A stretch of 64,000 nucleotides of DNA from Methanobacteriota archaeon (GCA_020696385.1 JAEHCQ010000001.1:654770-718769); one strand, 5' to 3'; positions 1 to 10,732 are shown, counted from the first letter of the stretch. Numbers and translations: made by a program. Notes: generated by a model not told the origin, from the sequence alone.

Positions 1-3000
1 GATATATTGGAGCCACTTGTGTTTGGACAGGTGTGAATTTCATAATCACCTCTGGAAACATCGACCCAGCTCCTACCATAACCGTTCTTGGAACTCCTGG
101 CTTGGGAACTGATCTTTCAGTGCTTACTGATTGCGGGGCAAGTGGAATAGTCACAACACCACCAGTTTACTGGTGGATGGACTCCGCAGCTAATGGGATG
201 GAGCTCCCGGTTTTCGAGAGCAACACCGGAATTTACATTCAATCAGACAGTGTGGTCATAGAGAACTCAATGATATTTGATAACTACAATGGCCTGATAT
301 TCGACAGCTGCTTCCCAGCTTCTCTGGCTTCCACCATGATTGCTGGCAATGATGGATTCGGTATTGGGATTGGCAATATGACCAATCCTGCCTATGTTGT
401 GAATGGAATTATCAATGATGTTATGTTGTTCAGCAACACTGGCTCTGGAATCGAGATAGCGGTTCAGGATGTCGTAATAGAGATGTACAATATACATGCT
501 GATGACAACAACCATGGTGTGGAGATAATTTCCTCCAACACCATCGATGCCACAGTGTATGACTCGATCTTGGAGAACAGTGGCTTCGTAGGCCTTTATC
601 TGAATGCCATGGACACCATGGTGTGCGACATAGACAATGTCAACACATCATTCGGAGGTCATGGTATGTACCTTTACGCAGAGAACGCCCTGAATGCCAT
701 GATAAGTGATTCCGACATTTGGGGGAACAATGCAGACCTATGCGCGTGGCCTGGACCTGCGCCTGCTGCGGCCATGTATCTTGATACTAATAATGGAGAA
801 CTTACAGCCATCGTGGAGAGAAACACCATAGTTGAGAACTGGGGTGTTCAAGATGGAGGCGTTGTGGCCATTGGTATTGATGGGCCTTGGGGTTCACCAT
901 CCTCATCCAACACTACATTGACCTTCACTGACAATGTCCTTATCGGGAATGGGGATAAATCCACTGGATCGATGATCAACAATTTCGGAGCACAGAACAT
1001 ATTGGATATCGATATGACAGGCAATTATTTCAGTGGCTCGGATAACTTCAACTGGGCCGAGAACCTGTACATGTATTCCAATGGTAATCTGGAATTGAAC
1101 TTCGTTGACAATGTAATGGATTGCAATGGGGATAAAAACTGGATGGTCCTATGGTATCTGTTATACATCTATGCTGATGATTTTATGAATGTGACCATGA
1201 ATGATAACTCCTTTGATATCAACCATAGACACGTGGACGGGGCTTCTTTCAATGTAGAAGCTGGAGAAACAATGAACTTTGACTTCGTAAACAACATTGT
1301 TTATGATGAGTCGGATAGTTCCAACAATAATGATGGGGTATTCTACTTTGAGTCAAATAATGGTGATGTTAACCTCAATTTCCAGGAGAGTACTATATAT
1401 TGTGATATCGATGGGAGCTATATGGATGCAATAGTTTATGGTTATGCTGGTGGAGATATGAGTGCATCTTTCATTGATTGCACAATTGGAGGAGAATTTG
1501 ATTCATTATATCATATATTCTGGTTCAGTGGGAATGAAAATGCAAGCATAACCTTTGAGAATATCATGGTGGACGTTGATTGCAACGAAGTTCACGAGGG
1601 ATTGTATATAACTGCGAATGATGTCTTGGATGTTACTATAACTGATTGCTTCATCTACATATACAGTGATTCTCTTAAAGAGGCATTCTACTTTGAAAAT
1701 GCAGACACCATCAATGCCAACTTCATAAGGAATGCCATATCATTTACAAATGAACCTGATATGTGGGATTCATTCTATATCAGGAATTGTGAGGATATCA
1801 ATGTGATCATCATGGATAATTATATTGAGTTCGATGTGGGTTCATTTCCATACTCATATGAGGGATCTGCCTTCCACTTCGAATGCTCCAACAATCTCAC
1901 TGCCATAATAAAAAATAATTATCTACCGATAGTTGCAGATGAATATCACAGGCGAACATTTGAGTTATACTCTGATGGGAATATCACCGCGACCATAGAG
2001 AACAATATCATCATCATCGGAAGTGACAATTATTGTAGAGATAATGACAGGTGGGTGTTCTATGTAACGGCCAATGAAAATATTACCCTGGATCTGATCA
2101 ATAATAATATCACGATCACCGATGCCTGGGTATATACTTCATTTTTCTACATTGAGTCATTCGACCAAAACATGGATCTTGGATTTGAGGGTAATGATAT
2201 CTACATCACTGGAGACCTGATGGATAATTACCATGTGGATGATTTCACACAGGATTGGAAACCCGTCTTCGAGATCTATGCCTATAATGGAGATATGGAT
2301 TTCACCTTTATAGACAATGTTGTTGATATTACCTTACACGGAGCGCATTTGTTCGATGTGGAATCTGATAATATGACTTTGACATTTGATAACAATGACA
2401 TCAATATCCAAAGGTACATGTTCGATGGATTTGAATTCTTTGCCGATAACAATATGACCGCATCTTTTAGTCAAAACACAATAATCATGACAGATACTAT
2501 GACCACCACGTACTTATACGAAAATAAAAAGGACTTCATAGAATTTGATGCAGACAATGGTGACATGACTTTAGATATATCTGGAAACAATATCATAACA
2601 TATGGGGTCGGTTACTGTATTGATCGAATATTCAACATCGATGCGAGTATAGATATAGATATCACGATTGCGGATAATTACATTCAATCAAAAGTGATTG
2701 AGCTCAGAGAAGTGTTTGATGTATATGCAAGTAATGGTGATCTTACCGCGAATATAACTGGGAATGATATTGAAATCGTATCTCTGGGTAGCGACTTCCC
2801 AGAATTATATTCCGTATTTAATCTTGAAAGTAATGACAATGCCGATGTGTTCTTCTCAATGAACAGGTATTATGGAGATGGTCGAATCGGCCCAGACGGA
2901 TTACTTGGTGTCGATGCCGATACTGGAGATGTTATTGTATCAGATAATGAGTTCATTGTGGAAAATATAATGGACGATGACGGGTGCTCCTTTGTGAACC

Positions 3001-6000
3001 TAGATATCGGAAATTTCCTCAATACCACAATAGCCAACAATTATTTCGAGTACTCGGAGATGATAGCATCCTTGGACATTGATATTGGAACCTTGATATC
3101 CATTGGTAATGAATGGGGCGTACCAGGAAATATCAGTGCTGATCTTCTGGACAATACAATATTGATCAATATTCAGGGCGGAGGCGGACCAACTGGTGGT
3201 GGAATAATCAGCATACTTGGTAATGGTGACATATATACGGATATCATTGGCAATGACATCAGATACAACCACATTGCCATCTTCTCAAATAGTGCAAACC
3301 TTGAAGGAGCCATCACCATCGGTGCTACTGGCGGATCTGCTTATGCTGATAACATCTATGCCAAAATATCAGACAATACGATAATCGCGGATTTCGATAA
3401 AGATGCAGATGCTGGAGGCGGTATCAAGGTGGTTTCTCAGAATAATATAACTCTTGAGATGAACAACAATATCGTCCAGGGATTATGGGATGAGGTTTAC
3501 AATGAGGATGATAGGTATGATTTCAGTGTCAGGATCGGGGAATGGTGCAGTGGTGCCTCTCTGACCCAAAATGTGTTCGCGACCATGAGGGATAACATTT
3601 TCGGACCTGGTGGAAAGGCAAGTGCCTTGAAGATCAATGCCCAGAACATCCTAGAACTTGATATGATTGGTGGCTCAGTGGTAGGAGCCCTATACGGTAA
3701 CTGGTGCTCAGGCGGGGATGAGATGAACGGAAACGGGATCACTCTTCTGGCCAACACCATGGATGTTGACATCTCGGGTGTCGATGTCTACGACAACCGC
3801 GGAGCTGGAATTTACATCGAGGCTCTGATGGGCGGGGATGTTGATATCTCTGATTGTGACATCTATAGCAATTACTGGCATGGTATATACCTGGTCAGCC
3901 AGAACGGGGTATTGGATGCCACTGGTTCCATAGAGAATGTACAGGTTTACGACAATGGTGGTAATTGGAATGGTGACCTTCCAAGTATTGGTAGTGGACT
4001 GTTCACGATGAATACGATCATCGACCTGGAGAGTAGCTTCTTCGACAACCCCGATGCGGAATTCGATCTGGAATTGATCGCTTGCTCCAATGTAACAGCC
4101 TTGGACACAATATTTAACAAGAATAAGGTTAGTGTTGAGGGCAGCGCAGCAAACCTGACCGGAGATATGGCCGAAGGATTCCAGCCTGCCTGGCAGGGTG
4201 TGGCTAACGGCTCTTTCAGGATAGGTATCGATGGTGTCTTCGCAGATGTCGATGGCCTTGACTTCTCTGGAATAGCAACAATGGATGATGTGGCCAATAT
4301 CATTGAGAATGGATTGCAAGCTGTAGGAAGCGGTGGATTCACCAATGCTACCTGTGTTTGGGATGGAATGAGCTTTGTCATAACATCTGGAACCGTAGGA
4401 AGACCTTCCACCATCACAGCAGTAACTTCACACAGTGGAGCCATTGGAACGGATATATCTGGTAATGTGGAATCATCGTATTCGGCAACATTGACTGGTG
4501 GGCCAGCGGCTGACGGTGATGTACTCAACTGGAACTCCACGAATGATGGGAGTTTCACCATTTCGATGGACGGTTCACTTTGGAACCTCGCAGGTATTGA
4601 TTTCACCACAGCCACCACGATGGACGATGTGGCAACAATAATCCAAACCGCATTGCAGGCAGTGCCATTGACTGGTTTCATTGCTGCAACATGTACATGG
4701 AATGGAACTGCCTTTACTATCATGTCCGGAACCCAGCGCCCGACCACGAGCATAACGAATGTGACTGCTGGTACTTCAGGAACTGATGTATCGGGATTGA
4801 TGGATTGCGGTGACAACGGTGTCATCACTATCACTCCGATCATCTACTGGATGGCATGCGTTACTGGTGTTACCATCGTGCCCGGAAATTCCTCGGCTCT
4901 CACTGTGCAGTGGTATATGCATGTCAAGGCCGAGCAGCAGGGAACGGGACTTGGATTGCCAAATGCAACGGTCGAGGTTCGTGATATCAATGGATTGCTT
5001 GTAGCATCTGGAATCACAGGAACAGACGGATACGTACACTGGATAACCGGGCAGGAGTACTTCCAGCTGAACAACTCCATAACCATGTACACACCACACA
5101 CCATTACCGCGTCAAAGGGTGCGTCCAATGGCAATGTGGTTTCTACCATCGACATGTCCAAAGACGTTATTGTTATACTTAATTATGTAACTGGACCTCC
5201 AACAGCAGATGCTGGATCTGACCAAATAGTGAATGAAGATACGGTCGTGACCTTCGACGGCTCGGGTTCCACTGATGACGTGTTCTGGATAACAAACTGG
5301 ACATGGGCCTTCATATCGGATAATCAAACTATAGAGTTGTATGGAGTCAGCCCGGCCTATATATTCACAGAACCTGGTGAATACAATGTAACATTGACAG
5401 TGACTGATTACGAGGGATTCACGAACTCATCCATAGTCAACATAATTGTTCTTGATGTGACACCACCGATAGCTGTTGCAGGTCCAGATCAAACTGTTGA
5501 TGAGGATACTGTCGTGACATTCAATGGAACTGGTTGCACTGACAATGTGGGTATTGTGAACTATACCTGGACATTCATGAATGGTACCCTGCAAACATTG
5601 TACGGGGAGTCGCCATCCTATGTATTTACTGAACCGGGTGTTTATGTCATCACTCTAATAATATTAGATGAGGTAGGCAACAATGCTAATGGCACATTTA
5701 CAGTAACCGTTCATGATGTGACACCACCAGCAATAGTTGGAGGTGGACTGACAGAGGCCGAAGGTTCAACAGTGACCTTGGATGCTTCTGCAAGCACGGA
5801 CAATGTGGGTATTATTGGCTATGAATGGTCCTTCAATGACGGGGCAAATGATGTCTTGTTAACCGGTGATGTTGTTAACTACACGTTCATGAACATCGGC
5901 AACTTTACCTTGACCATTACAGCATGGGATGCAGCCGGGAACATTGGCACATTGATCACATGGATTAACATTGTTGATATGACAGCACCAGATGTGCTTG

Positions 6001-6641
6001 TGATCGCCCCTGGAGAGGCATTGGAAGAAGTTCCTCTCAGTTGGGATCTCATCATCGTATTCACAGAAGAGATGGACAGGATGACTGTTCAGGAAGCTTT
6101 TGACATCGATGGAGCGAATGTGAGTGGCTTTGTTTGGGATGCGTCTGGAAGATATGTCACAATATCATTCGAAGAGTTGGATGAGAACATGACATACACA
6201 TTCACTGTAGGAGCCAATGCAACAGATATTGCAGGCAATGTGATGGGGACAGCACACACAGATAGCTTCATGACCATGGAAGCCGCAATCACACCGGGTT
6301 CGGTTGATGATGTTGATGATGTTGATGATGATGATTCTTCAGACGACATAGCTGACTCAGGCAATGACTTCATGTGGATCCTGATAATCATCATACTGGT
6401 GGTCATCATAGTGATCCAGGCAATGATGAAGGGTAAGAAACCAGAGGATGAAGATATCCCAACATCAGATGATGGAGCAGTAGAACCAGCAGCGGCACCT
6501 GTGGCAGAACCAGTTGTTGAGGAAGCACCAGCTACAGATTCTGAAGCAGCTCCTGAGCCAGTCGCAGAACCCGAGGTCGAGGCAGATATTGCCCCGGAAG
6601 AACCAGGTGACATCTCAGCAGATGACCTCGTATCTGAGTGA
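1..6641 (+). CDS. Giant cell-surface protein, 5'-truncated by the window: beta-helix repeats, DUF3383-like inserts, 3 PKD domains, Ig-like (Big_5/SbsA-type) domain, C-terminal TM anchor and acidic tail
   Basis: Frame is open from nt 3 (YIGATCVWTGVNFIITSG...), so the true start lies upstream. N/D/I-rich beta-helix periodicity; PKD motifs (ADAGSDQ..FDGSGSTD..WTW..PGEYNVTLTV); hydrophobic FMWILIIIILVVIIVIQAMM followed by an E/P/A-rich tail. Confidence 0.9.
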   Translation, partial: YIGATCVWTGVNFIITSGNIDPAPTITVLGTPGLGTDLSVLTDCGASGIVTTPPVYWWMDSAANGMELPVFESNTGIYIQSDSVVIENSMIFDNYNGLIFDSCFPASLASTMIAGNDGFGIGIGNMTNPAYVVNGIINDVMLFSNTGSGIEIAVQDVVIEMYNIHADDNNHGVEIISSNTIDATVYDSILENSGFVGLYLNAMDTMVCDIDNVNTSFGGHGMYLYAENALNAMISDSDIWGNNADLCAWPGPAPAAAMYLDTNNGELTAIVERNTIVENWGVQDGGVVAIGIDGPWGSPSSSNTTLTFTDNVLIGNGDKSTGSMINNFGAQNILDIDMTGNYFSGSDNFNWAENLYMYSNGNLELNFVDNVMDCNGDKNWMVLWYLLYIYADDFMNVTMNDNSFDINHRHVDGASFNVEAGETMNFDFVNNIVYDESDSSNNNDGVFYFESNNGDVNLNFQESTIYCDIDGSYMDAIVYGYAGGDMSASFIDCTIGGEFDSLYHIFWFSGNENASITFENIMVDVDCNEVHEGLYITANDVLDVTITDCFIYIYSDSLKEAFYFENADTINANFIRNAISFTNEPDMWDSFYIRNCEDINVIIMDNYIEFDVGSFPYSYEGSAFHFECSNNLTAIIKNNYLPIVADEYHRRTFELYSDGNITATIENNIIIIGSDNYCRDNDRWVFYVTANENITLDLINNNITITDAWVYTSFFYIESFDQNMDLGFEGNDIYITGDLMDNYHVDDFTQDWKPVFEIYAYNGDMDFTFIDNVVDITLHGAHLFDVESDNMTLTFDNNDINIQRYMFDGFEFFADNNMTASFSQNTIIMTDTMTTTYLYENKKDFIEFDADNGDMTLDISGNNIITYGVGYCIDRIFNIDASIDIDITIADNYIQSKVIELREVFDVYASNGDLTANITGNDIEIVSLGSDFPELYSVFNLESNDNADVFFSMNRYYGDGRIGPDGLLGVDADTGDVIVSDNEFIVENIMDDDGCSFVNLDIGNFLNTTIANNYFEYSEMIASLDIDIGTLISIGNEWGVPGNISADLLDNTILINIQGGGGPTGGGIISILGNGDIYTDIIGNDIRYNHIAIFSNSANLEGAITIGATGGSAYADNIYAKISDNTIIADFDKDADAGGGIKVVSQNNITLEMNNNIVQGLWDEVYNEDDRYDFSVRIGEWCSGASLTQNVFATMRDNIFGPGGKASALKINAQNILELDMIGGSVVGALYGNWCSGGDEMNGNGITLLANTMDVDISGVDVYDNRGAGIYIEALMGGDVDISDCDIYSNYWHGIYLVSQNGVLDATGSIENVQVYDNGGNWNGDLPSIGSGLFTMNTIIDLESSFFDNPDAEFDLELIACSNVTALDTIFNKNKVSVEGSAANLTGDMAEGFQPAWQGVANGSFRIGIDGVFADVDGLDFSGIATMDDVANIIENGLQAVGSGGFTNATCVWDGMSFVITSGTVGRPSTITAVTSHSGAIGTDISGNVESSYSATLTGGPAADGDVLNWNSTNDGSFTISMDGSLWNLAGIDFTTATTMDDVATIIQTALQAVPLTGFIAATCTWNGTAFTIMSGTQRPTTSITNVTAGTSGTDVSGLMDCGDNGVITITPIIYWMACVTGVTIVPGNSSALTVQWYMHVKAEQQGTGLGLPNATVEVRDINGLLVASGITGTDGYVHWITGQEYFQLNNSITMYTPHTITASKGASNGNVVSTIDMSKDVIVILNYVTGPPTADAGSDQIVNEDTVVTFDGSGSTDDVFWITNWTWAFISDNQTIELYGVSPAYIFTEPGEYNVTLTVTDYEGFTNSSIVNIIVLDVTPPIAVAGPDQTVDEDTVVTFNGTGCTDNVGIVNYTWTFMNGTLQTLYGESPSYVFTEPGVYVITLIILDEVGNNANGTFTVTVHDVTPPAIVGGGLTEAEGSTVTLDASASTDNVGIIGYEWSFNDGANDVLLTGDVVNYTFMNIGNFTLTITAWDAAGNIGTLITWINIVDMTAPDVLVIAPGEALEEVPLSWDLIIVFTEEMDRMTVQEAFDIDGANVSGFVWDASGRYVTISFEELDENMTYTFTVGANATDIAGNVMGTAHTDSFMTMEAAITPGSVDDVDDVDDDDSSDDIADSGNDFMWILIIIILVVIIVIQAMMKGKKPEDEDIPTSDDGAVEPAAAPVAEPVVEEAPATDSEAAPEPVAEPEVEADIAPEEPGDISADDLVSE

Positions 6642-6660
6642 AGCAAGACGAAGCAAAATA

Positions 6661-6697
6661 GGGAAGGCTGAAAACGCCTTCCCTCCTTTTCATTTTT
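6661..6697 (+). terminator. Hairpin plus T-tract after the giant surface-protein gene
   Basis: GGGAAGGC-N7-GCCTTCCC followed by TCCTTTTCATTTTT, between convergent genes. Confidence 0.6.
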
Positions 6698-6751
6698 AAA
6701 AGAATGTGACTATACCAATAATTTCCACGTATTTTATTCATTGAATGATTA

Positions 6752-7876
6752 TTATGAGATACTAACCCTGACCCTGGCCTTGGATCTCTTTCCTTTTTCA
6801 TTCCTCATGAACACCAGGAATATTATCAGGGCAACCAATGATGCCAGTGTGGCGAGATACATAGTCGCGTAGTATCCGAACATGCCGGCCACCACACCTC
6901 CGATTAGTGCGCCCCCTATCGATGATATATTAAGGACCGAATTAAGGAGACCAGTCGCGGTCGCCCTTTCCTTATTTCTGGACATTATGAATTTTATCGA
7001 GCCCACATAAAGGAAAGCCCAGGCCGTGCCCAGCAATACCTGGGTAGGCAATAATTGCCAAATATTCTGACATAATGTGAAGGAGGCGAAGGTTATCATC
7101 GACAGTATGAGACCCCATATTATCAGAGTCTTGCTCTTGGCCCGGAGTTTTCTCATGACCAGGAACTGGGTAAGAGAATTGATCCCGTATATCACCCCGA
7201 TCCAGAAGAAAGAGCCACCAATCTCCATCACGTATATCGGGAATATCACCCATATGGTGCAGGCTCCCATATGTCTTACCAGGATAGCGAGGTAGATCGG
7301 CAGGTTCTTCTTTATGACCTTAATAGGAAAGAGCGGAACCTTGACCTTGTGTTCCTGAACCTTGGGCATCTTCATAGATACGAGGAATGATAGGAAAAGA
7401 AGAATCGCGCTTAGCAGAAAAGGAGCGATGTAAGGATTGCTCATTACCGCTATTGTCGCTAGAACGCCAGCAACAATAGTGCCCAGTCCCCACCCCAGAG
7501 AACCATAGGCCATGAACTTGCCCATCTTCCATTTAGATTCATAAGCATAGGCCATCAAAGCAGCGGGGAAGATACCTGCTGAAAAACCCATCAGGGCCCT
7601 GGTCATAAGAAGGGTCATGGGGTCATGAGATAGTATTTGAAGCAAAGCGGCGAATGTCGAGAATATAAGGCCGAATCTCAGGAATAAACGTCGGCCATGT
7701 ACATCCGCCAATCTTCCAAATATATAGGAAGATATCAGAGAAGCCGTACCGTAACCAGCGACTATCAAGCCTATCTGGACCTCGCTGGCTCCGAGATCCT
7801 TGGCGAACAATGGGATCAGGAATAAGGAGGAAAACCAGGCGGCATTTGACATCATGTTGATCATCGCGGCTTTCAT
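6752..7876 (-). CDS. MFS transporter (DHA1-like)
   Basis: About 12 hydrophobic segments and MFS motif A (GRLADVHGRR). Probable leaderless start ATG at 7876, ~25 nt after a TTTAAATA box. Confidence 0.9.
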   Translation of the reverse strand: MKAAMINMMSNAAWFSSLFLIPLFAKDLGASEVQIGLIVAGYGTASLISSYIFGRLADVHGRRLFLRFGLIFSTFAALLQILSHDPMTLLMTRALMGFSAGIFPAALMAYAYESKWKMGKFMAYGSLGWGLGTIVAGVLATIAVMSNPYIAPFLLSAILLFLSFLVSMKMPKVQEHKVKVPLFPIKVIKKNLPIYLAILVRHMGACTIWVIFPIYVMEIGGSFFWIGVIYGINSLTQFLVMRKLRAKSKTLIIWGLILSMITFASFTLCQNIWQLLPTQVLLGTAWAFLYVGSIKFIMSRNKERATATGLLNSVLNISSIGGALIGGVVAGMFGYYATMYLATLASLVALIIFLVFMRNEKGKRSKARVRVSIS

Positions 7877-8086
7877 AAACATGGGAATGGTATTGGGTAT
7901 TTAAAAATGTATGAAGTGAAGCGGATAAAGCAAATGAATTTTCGAGCAGGGTGGGGCGAGTTTTCTTTATTTGTCCGCCTTTTTTCTTTTGGAGCCACAT
8001 CCAGCGCAGAAAATTCCTAAAAGAAAAAAGTGGGAGGGGAACCAGGCGGCATTTGACATCATGTTGATCATCGCGGCTTTCATAAA
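7833..8086. repeat. Perfect 47-bp direct repeat (7833-7879 and 8040-8086) of the MFS gene 5' end
   Basis: AACCAGGCGGCATTTGACATCATGTTGATCATCGCGGCTTTCATAAA occurs twice, 207 bp apart. Confidence 0.95.
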
Positions 8087-8494
8087 GACGGAAATAAAGG
8101 GCGGCTACTTAAACCCGCTACATCGAAGACCAATAGATAAAAAGGAAAAAGGCAGGGAAGTCAAGTATGAGGGAGGAGATGAGTGGGCTAACACATGAGA
8201 TATATTCTTACCTGTGCCGTCCCTGCAATATGAATGAATCTGTTACCTGATTAATAAGGAGATTGGTACGGATTTTTGTGTAATATTTAACCTTACTTGT
8301 ACAATATTTTGTATAATAAAAAGTTATTAATCAGTGAAAATAGGCAACAATTTATGGGCTCTTTATAGTCAATTGATAAAACACTATTAAAGGTCTTTCG
8401 GCACAAGGTTTATATCATAAAATCGCAGTGCCTTTTGTCTTGGGAACGGGATGCAGAAGCCTAGTGTTTTCAGTATTTTCTCAGGGGTGGTTGA

Positions 8495-10726
8495 GTGAGT
8501 ATCAGCAAGAACGCATTAACAGTACTGGAGCGCCGTTATCTGGCAAAGGACGATAATGGGAAATTGATCGAAGGACCAGAGGATATGTTCAGAAGAGTTG
8601 CGAAGAACATTGCCTCGGCAGAAGCCAATTATGGAAAGAGTAAAAAAGATATCAAAAAGATAGAAAACGAGTTCTACAATTTGATGGCAGATCTTGACTT
8701 TCTGCCAAACTCACCAACCCTGATGAATGCTGGAAGGGATATTCAGCAATTATCCGCATGTTTCGTACTCCCAGTGGGCGATTCCATGGAGAGTATCTTT
8801 GATGCGCTCAAGAACGCGGCCCTTATCCATAAAAGTGGAGGAGGAACTGGTTTTTCATTTACTAGATTGAGGCCTAAGAACGATCCCGTCATGTCCACCA
8901 GCGGGGTGAGCAGTGGGCCGATATCCTTCATGAAGGTCTTCAATGCGGCCACTGAGGCCATCAAGCAAGGTGGTACCCGCAGAGGTGCCAATATGGGTAT
9001 ATTGCGTGTCGATCACCCAGATATCATGGAGTTCATAAAATGCAAAGAAGATCTGAGTGTTCTGACGAACTTCAATATCTCCGTGGCCATAACGGACAAG
9101 TTCATGAAAGCCCTGAAAAAGGGTGAGGAATATGATCTGATAAACCCCAAAGATGGTAAGAAATGTGGCAAAGCCAGTGCCAAAGAGGTTTATGATGCGA
9201 TATCCAGCATGGCCTGGAAGACAGGAGATCCTGGTATGGTCTTCATAGACCGTATCAACAAATTCAACCCCACACCACATGTTGGAGAGGTGGAGAGTAC
9301 CAATCCATGCGGTGAGCAGCCGCTTCTCCCATACGAATCATGCAATCTGGGTTCCATCAACCTCAGCCATATGATGAAGGATGAGGAAGTGGACTGGGAC
9401 AGGCTCAGGAAAGTGGTGCATACTTCTGTCAGATTCCTTGATAATGTCATAGACATGAACAAATATCCTTTACCAGAAATAGATGAAATGACCAAGGCCA
9501 ATAGGAAGATCGGTTTGGGGATAATGGGATGGGCCGACATGCTTATCCTGATGGATATTCCATATGAATCTACCCAGGCATACAAGTTTGCAAAGAAGAT
9601 CATGGGCTTTGTTCAGGATGAGGGGTGGATAGCCTCCGAGAACCTGGCCAAAGAAAGAGGAACATTCCCCAGTTTCAAAGGCAGTATATTTGAAAATGAC
9701 AGGAAGGTGAGGAATGCCACCATCACGACGATCGCTCCTACTGGCACTATATCCATGATCGCGGATTGTTCCAGTGGAATAGAACCAATTTATTCCATCG
9801 CGTATGTGAAGACCGTGATGGATGATGACGCACTTCATTATGTGCATCCTTTCTTCAAAGAGAAATGTGAAGAACGAGGTATATACACGGACGAGCTGGA
9901 AGAGGCCATTGTCAAACTGGGAACCACATCCAACATACCGGGTTTCCCGAGCGATCTAAAATCACTTTTCAAGACCGCCCATGAAATATCCGCTGAAGGT
10001 CATGTCAGGATGCAGGCGGCCTTCCAGAAACACACGGACAATGCTGTTTCCAAGACCGTTAATCTGAATACCAGTGCGACAAAGGAAGATATCGCCAATG
10101 TTTACAACCTGGCATTTGAAACAGGTTGTAAGGGCATTACTGTTTACAGGGATGGTTGCAGAGGAACTCAGGTCCTGGAATCGGGTAGCAGTGCCAGTAA
10201 GAGCAAGACCGATACCGCGGTTCACCAGACTAAATTATCGGATATCGGTATTGACAGTAATGGCAAGCTGAGGCCAAGGCCAAGACCACTGATGATACAT
10301 GGAGCCACGCACAGGATGAAGACCGGGTGCGGATACCTGTATGTGACGGTCAATGAGGATAATAACAAACTATTCGAGCTCTTTGCCAGAATGGGAAAGA
10401 CAGGTGGATGTGCTGCCAGTCAGACCGAGGCCATTGGCAGATTGATATCCCTGGCATTGAGAGCGGGCATTGATTCAAGTAATATCATAGAGCAATTGAA
10501 AGGCATCAGATGTCCCGAGCGAGCACTGGGTAAGGATAAGATATATTCATGCCCGGATGCGATAGGAAAGGCCATCGAAGGCCATCTTAAAAACAAAGGA
10601 CAGGTAATACAGGAAATGACGAAACTGGATAGTGGAGTGAGACCTGAATGTCCAGAATGCGGTGGACCTATCGCATTCATCGAGGGTTGTTTGATCTGCC
10701 AAAACTGTGGCTTCTCGAAATGTTAA
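8495..10726 (+). CDS. nrdJ: Class II (adenosylcobalamin-dependent) ribonucleotide reductase with C-terminal TSCPD domain and Zn ribbon
   Basis: FLPNSPTLMNAG, QLSACFV, TNPCGEQPL, TIAPTGTIS, SKTVN, YRDGCR, SCPDAI, CPECG..CQNCGFSKC; no intein and no ATP cone. Confidence 0.95.
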   Translation: MSISKNALTVLERRYLAKDDNGKLIEGPEDMFRRVAKNIASAEANYGKSKKDIKKIENEFYNLMADLDFLPNSPTLMNAGRDIQQLSACFVLPVGDSMESIFDALKNAALIHKSGGGTGFSFTRLRPKNDPVMSTSGVSSGPISFMKVFNAATEAIKQGGTRRGANMGILRVDHPDIMEFIKCKEDLSVLTNFNISVAITDKFMKALKKGEEYDLINPKDGKKCGKASAKEVYDAISSMAWKTGDPGMVFIDRINKFNPTPHVGEVESTNPCGEQPLLPYESCNLGSINLSHMMKDEEVDWDRLRKVVHTSVRFLDNVIDMNKYPLPEIDEMTKANRKIGLGIMGWADMLILMDIPYESTQAYKFAKKIMGFVQDEGWIASENLAKERGTFPSFKGSIFENDRKVRNATITTIAPTGTISMIADCSSGIEPIYSIAYVKTVMDDDALHYVHPFFKEKCEERGIYTDELEEAIVKLGTTSNIPGFPSDLKSLFKTAHEISAEGHVRMQAAFQKHTDNAVSKTVNLNTSATKEDIANVYNLAFETGCKGITVYRDGCRGTQVLESGSSASKSKTDTAVHQTKLSDIGIDSNGKLRPRPRPLMIHGATHRMKTGCGYLYVTVNEDNNKLFELFARMGKTGGCAASQTEAIGRLISLALRAGIDSSNIIEQLKGIRCPERALGKDKIYSCPDAIGKAIEGHLKNKGQVIQEMTKLDSGVRPECPECGGPIAFIEGCLICQNCGFSKC

Positions 10727-10732
10727 GATCGG

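Noticed and set aside
1-6641. Prophage or contractile injection system
   Set aside because: The sheath-like repeats are internal to a PKD/TM-anchored cellular protein, and no other virion genes are present.
8430-8494. Cobalamin riboswitch before nrdJ (GGGAACGGGATGCAGAAGCC)
   Set aside because: Only a GGGAA start; no B12 box or GCCACTG-type elements, and the leader is too short.
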